Shown piece after piece: positions 57,954 to 64,000 of a DNA stretch of 64,000 nucleotides (the first letter of the stretch is position 1; the number at the start of each line of letters is the position of its first letter). The DNA is from Mycobacteriales bacterium. Its GTDB lineage: Bacteria > Actinomycetota > Actinomycetes > JAFAQI01. The stretch covers positions 26,416-90,415 of the forward strand of contig DASZOU010000023.1 in NCBI GenBank assembly GCA_035550655.1, read 5' to 3'. The notes beneath the pieces are model-generated. The model worked only from the letters and a program-made list of their open reading frames with translations. It did no database searches and was not told where the DNA came from. A program made the position numbers and the translations under genes.

Positions 57954-60338
57954 GTGAGCGCCGCTTCGACTCAGGCGCGGGCGACGCCTGCCGCCCCGGC
58001 AGAGGTGCACGGGCTGTCCGATGCGGAAGTGGCGCTGCGGCTCGCGGCCGGGCGCGACAACACCGTGACGATTGGCTCGAGCCGCAGCCTCGCGGCAATC
58101 CTGCGCAGCAACGTCCTCACCGTCTTCAACGCGATCCTGCTCACGTTGTTCGGCCTCACGCTCGCGACCGGGCGCTGGCAGAACGCGCTGTTCGGCTTGG
58201 TGATCGTCGCCAACGTGGTGCTCGGGGTCACGCAGGAGATCAGGGCGAAACGAACACTCGACCGGCTGACGGTTCTCACCGCTCCCCGCGCGCGGGTTCG
58301 GCGATCCGGCGTCATCCGCGAGATCGACCGCGAGGCGGTGGTCCTCGACGACCTGCTCGTAGTCCGCCCGGGCGACCAGGTCGTCGCGGATGCCGTGGTG
58401 GTGCGAGAGACCGGTCTGGAGATCGACGAGTCGCTCTTGACCGGTGAGGCGGAGCCGGTCGCCAAACGGTACGGCGACGAGGTGCGTTCCGGCGCATTCG
58501 TCGTGGCCGGGTCGGGAGAGTGCCGCGTCGTCCGGGTCGGCGCGGACGGCTACTCGGCTCGGCTTTCCGCCGAGGCAAGACGATTCTCGGTTGCGCCCTC
58601 CGAGCTCGTCACCGGCACCAACCGGCTGCTGCGATGGATTGCCGCGTTGATGCTCCTGGTCGGCCCGCTGCTGCTGGTAGGGCAGCTCGCAAGCCCGGAC
58701 AACAAGAGCTGGCGGCAGTCCGTCACGGGCATGACGGCTGCCCTCGTCGGCATGGTGCCCGAAGGACTTGTGCTGCTGACCACCGTGGCCTTCACCGTGG
58801 GTGTCCTGGCGCTCGCGCGGCGTCGCATCCTCGTCCAGGAGCTCCCGGCGGTCGAGGGGCTGGCTCGCGTCGATGTGCTGTGCATCGACAAGACCGGAAC
58901 CCTGACCGACGGCGATCTCGCGGTGTCGGAGGTCGACGTCTGCGACGGAGTCGATGCTGGCGATGTACCAGCCGCGCTCGCCCTGCTCGCCGCCGGCGAG
59001 GACGCGAACGCGACGGCCCGAGCGATTGCGGTCCGATATCCGGCGAGCGCATGGCGGGCAGAGCATCGCTGGCCGTTCTCGTCACAGCGCAAGTGGTCGG
59101 CCGTGACGGCCGCGGAGCACGGCAGCTGGGTCCTCGGCGCGCCTGAGGTGCTCCTCCCCCATGTCGACTCAACCGTTGCAGCGTCGCTTTCCGATCGGGT
59201 GGCGCAGATCGCGACCGCAGGCCATCGTGTGCTGCTCCTGACCGCCGGTCCGAGGCCGCCCACCGAGCAGGGACTCGTCGCAGCGATGCGACCAGCAGCC
59301 CTCCTCACCCTCACCGAGCACATCCGCGAGGACGCCGCATCGACTCTCGCGTTCTTCGCCGACCAGGGCGTACGGATCAAGGTCATCTCGGGAGACAACC
59401 CGGTAACGGTTGCTGCCGTCGCCGTTGCTGCCGGGCTGGCAGGCGCCGAAGCGCCGGGGATCGACGCGCGGACGCTTCCCACCGACCCCGCCGAGCTCGG
59501 CGAGGTCGTCGATCAGGCGGTCATCATCGGACGTACGACGCCGCACCAGAAACGCGACCTGGTGCGCGCCCTCCAGCAACGCGGTCACGTCGTGGCGATG
59601 ACCGGCGACGGCGTGAACGACTTGCTTGCTCTCAAGGACGCCGACGTCGGGATCGCGATGGCCGGCGGAGCGCCGGCGACCCGTGGCGTCGCACAGCTGG
59701 TCTTGATGGACAACCGCTTCGCCTCGCTGCCGCACGCCGTCGCGGAAGGCCGGCGGGTGATCGCGAACATCGAGCGCGCGAGCAACCTCTTCCTCGTCAA
59801 GAACGCGTATTCAATCGTCCTGGCGATCTGCTCGACGGCAAGCTTGTTGGCCTATCCGCTCGAGCCGATCCAGCTCACGATGGTGTCGACGTTGACCATT
59901 GGGCTCCCCGGCCTGTTCCTGGCGTTCGTGCCGAACAACCGTCGCTACCAGCCGGGCTTCCTGCGTCGCGTCCTCAGGTTCTCGATGCCGATGGGGCTGG
60001 TCGTCGGGATCACGACCTACGGCGCGTACTGGACGACCCGCGGCGTGGAGCCTGCGGCAACCGCCGCAGACGCGCGGACAACCGCGACCATCACGGCTTT
60101 GCTCGTCTCACTCGGCGTACTCACCGCGTTGATCCGTCCGCTCAGCCGATGGCGTCGGCTGCTGGTGGCTGCGCTCGCCGGGCTCGCCGCGCTGATCGTT
60201 GCGGTGCCGGCGTTGGGGCACTCCGTCTTCCTGCTCGACGTGACGCCGAGCCGGGTCCTGATTGCGGTCGGAGTCGCCGGCGTGGGGCTGGCCGGGATCG
60301 AGGCGCTCCGCAGATGGGCGATGGCGTCGAACCGCTGA
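57954..60338 (+). CDS. Cation-transporting P-type ATPase (CtpE-like)
   Basis: LTGEA, MVPEGL, DKTGTLT, SGDN, MTGDGVND. Confidence 0.92.
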   Translation: MSAASTQARATPAAPAEVHGLSDAEVALRLAAGRDNTVTIGSSRSLAAILRSNVLTVFNAILLTLFGLTLATGRWQNALFGLVIVANVVLGVTQEIRAKRTLDRLTVLTAPRARVRRSGVIREIDREAVVLDDLLVVRPGDQVVADAVVVRETGLEIDESLLTGEAEPVAKRYGDEVRSGAFVVAGSGECRVVRVGADGYSARLSAEARRFSVAPSELVTGTNRLLRWIAALMLLVGPLLLVGQLASPDNKSWRQSVTGMTAALVGMVPEGLVLLTTVAFTVGVLALARRRILVQELPAVEGLARVDVLCIDKTGTLTDGDLAVSEVDVCDGVDAGDVPAALALLAAGEDANATARAIAVRYPASAWRAEHRWPFSSQRKWSAVTAAEHGSWVLGAPEVLLPHVDSTVAASLSDRVAQIATAGHRVLLLTAGPRPPTEQGLVAAMRPAALLTLTEHIREDAASTLAFFADQGVRIKVISGDNPVTVAAVAVAAGLAGAEAPGIDARTLPTDPAELGEVVDQAVIIGRTTPHQKRDLVRALQQRGHVVAMTGDGVNDLLALKDADVGIAMAGGAPATRGVAQLVLMDNRFASLPHAVAEGRRVIANIERASNLFLVKNAYSIVLAICSTASLLAYPLEPIQLTMVSTLTIGLPGLFLAFVPNNRRYQPGFLRRVLRFSMPMGLVVGITTYGAYWTTRGVEPAATAADARTTATITALLVSLGVLTALIRPLSRWRRLLVAALAGLAALIVAVPALGHSVFLLDVTPSRVLIAVGVAGVGLAGIEALRRWAMASNR

Positions 60339-60343
60339 GGGCC

Positions 60344-60357
60344 GGGACTTCCGGCCC
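60344..60357. promoter_or_regulatory. DosR-like box upstream of flavodoxin 2, inside a palindrome that could also terminate the ATPase transcript
   Basis: GGGACTTCCGGCCC within AGGGCCGG-GACTT-CCGGCCCT. Confidence 0.5.
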
Positions 60358-60416
60358 TTGTTCCCGTTTCGGCACCGCGCGTGCAATGGAGACAGAGAAC
60401 AACCGGAGGTGACGCG

Positions 60417-60959
60417 ATGAAGGTCGTCGTTGTCTACGAGTCGATGTTCGGCAACACCCGGCGGGTTGCCGAAGCCATTCGCGACGGGCTCTGCCGGCAT
60501 CACGAGGTGGAGGTCCTGAGCGCCGCCCAAGCGCCGGCACACGACCTGGCCGGCACAGCTCTGCTCGTGGTGGGCGGCCCCACCCACGTGCGGAGCATGA
60601 GCCGGCCCAGCACCCGAAAGGCCGCGTCGGAGCAGGCCGCGGATGCCTCCCGCGGGCTGACCCTCGAGCCGCAGGCGGCGGGACCGGGCTTGCGGGAATG
60701 GCTGGCCGAAGCGCGCCTCGCCGGCGTACCGGTCGCCGCCTTCGACACCCGCATCGCGATGCCGGCCGTGATCAGCGGCTCAGCCGTACGGTCGATCACC
60801 CGGGCGCTGCACCGCCAGGGAGGCCGCTTCGTGTGCACCCGCCGCAGCTTCCTCGTCACCAAGCAGAACACCCTCGTCGACGGACAGCTCGATCTCGCGC
60901 GGCAGTGGGGCGAGCAGCTCGCCGAGACCGTCACGCGGACCGGGGAGTTCGTCGAATGA
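60417..60959 (+). CDS. Flavodoxin-like protein 2
   Basis: YESMFGNT, GGPTH, AAFDTR; GGAGG RBS. Confidence 0.87.
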   Translation: MKVVVVYESMFGNTRRVAEAIRDGLCRHHEVEVLSAAQAPAHDLAGTALLVVGGPTHVRSMSRPSTRKAASEQAADASRGLTLEPQAAGPGLREWLAEARLAGVPVAAFDTRIAMPAVISGSAVRSITRALHRQGGRFVCTRRSFLVTKQNTLVDGQLDLARQWGEQLAETVTRTGEFVE

Positions 60960-61663
60960 GCGCGGCCGCGCCGCCTGCCGGCGGTGGCAGCTACCCGCTG
61001 CGGCTCGACGGCAGCTTCGACCCGACGACCAGCCGCGCCCTGTGGCTCGTCAAATGGCTGCTCGTCGTTCCGCACATCGTCGTTCTGTTCTTCCTCTGGG
61101 TCGCGGCCATCGTGACAACGGTCATCGCCGGCTTCGCGATCCTGTTCACCGGCCGGTACCCGCGCTCGATGTTCGACTTCGTCGTCGGTGTCATGCGGTG
61201 GACCTGGCGCGTCGGCTTCTACGGCATCAGCGCCCTCGGGACCGACCGATACCCGCCGTTCAGCCTCGCCCCGGATCCGACCTACCCCGCGGACCTGCAG
61301 GTCGACTACCCGGAGCACCTCAGCCGCGGCTTGGTCCTCGTCAAGTGGTGGCTGCTCGCGATCCCGCAGTACATCGTCGTCTCGGTCTTCCAGGGCGGCT
61401 GGGGAATGGGATGGACCGGTGGCCCACGTGGCGCCGGCGGCATCGGGTTGATCTCAACGCTTGCCGTGATCGGCGCAGTCGCGATGCTCGTGCGCCGGGA
61501 GTACCCGCCGCGGATCTTCGAGCTGGTCATCGGGCTCGACCGGTGGTGCTTCCGGGTGCTGGCGTACGCCCTATTGCTGACCGACGAATATCCGCCGTTC
61601 CGGCTGGACAGCGGCACCCGGGATCCCGGGTCGGCCTTGCCATCGCCACCCACCCCGATATAG
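60956..61663 (+). CDS. DUF4389-like membrane protein (internal duplication)
   Basis: SRALWLVKWLL..PH and LSRGLVLVKWWLLAIP repeats; DRYPPFSL and DEYPPFRL. Confidence 0.75.
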   Translation: MSAAAPPAGGGSYPLRLDGSFDPTTSRALWLVKWLLVVPHIVVLFFLWVAAIVTTVIAGFAILFTGRYPRSMFDFVVGVMRWTWRVGFYGISALGTDRYPPFSLAPDPTYPADLQVDYPEHLSRGLVLVKWWLLAIPQYIVVSVFQGGWGMGWTGGPRGAGGIGLISTLAVIGAVAMLVRREYPPRIFELVIGLDRWCFRVLAYALLLTDEYPPFRLDSGTRDPGSALPSPPTPI

Positions 61664-61666
61664 ATA

Positions 61667-61683
61667 TTGAGAGGCACTCTCAA
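61667..61683. promoter_or_regulatory. Fur/PerR-type inverted repeat upstream of furA
   Basis: Perfect TTGAGAG-GCA-CTCTCAA, 23 nt before ATG 61707. Confidence 0.7.
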
Positions 61684-61706
61684 AACGACGGCAGGTGGCC
61701 TGGCGG

Positions 61707-64000
<2,294 letters not shown>

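Noticed and set aside
57249-59066. 605-aa minus-strand ORF ending in a flavodoxin
   Set aside because: The upstream part is antisense to the P-type ATPase; AGGAGG-ATG at 57788 is the real start

Overview
High-GC actinobacterial chromosome segment with three parts. (1) 1-12.5 kb: conserved core block on the minus strand (argS-lysA-hom-thrC-thrB-rho-rpmE-prfA-prmC-tsaC), then a lone receiver-domain protein, a fatty-acid desaturase and tRNA-Arg(CCG). (2) 12.4-23 kb: a zinc-homeostasis locus. It has two divergent Zn/Mn ABC importers and an smtB-[unannotated 52-aa His-rich peptide]-zur tricistron in which zur appears to start at CTG. It also carries HU, a frameshifted CobW/Mrf-like gene and a cspA-membrane protein-RbpA-paralogue operon. 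(3) 23-64 kb: accessory metabolism. About ten DosR/DevR-type boxes (GGGAC-N-WW-N-G-N-CCC) sit in front of beta-CASP nuclease/ftsH, ppsA, patatin-PFOR-NAD(P)/4Fe-4S oxidoreductase, ADH, GAPDH-L,D-transpeptidase-ABC, two flavodoxins and a P-type ATPase. Interleaved are FGE, ALDH, CocE, P450, a pfpI gene flanked by two near-identical small Cys/His proteins, a sugar ABC system with a neocarzinostatin-fold lipoprotein, and furA-katG at the right edge. No integrase, transposase or CRISPR array was seen. Two single-base frameshifts may be assembly errors. All family calls come from motif recognition by eye; no database search was run.
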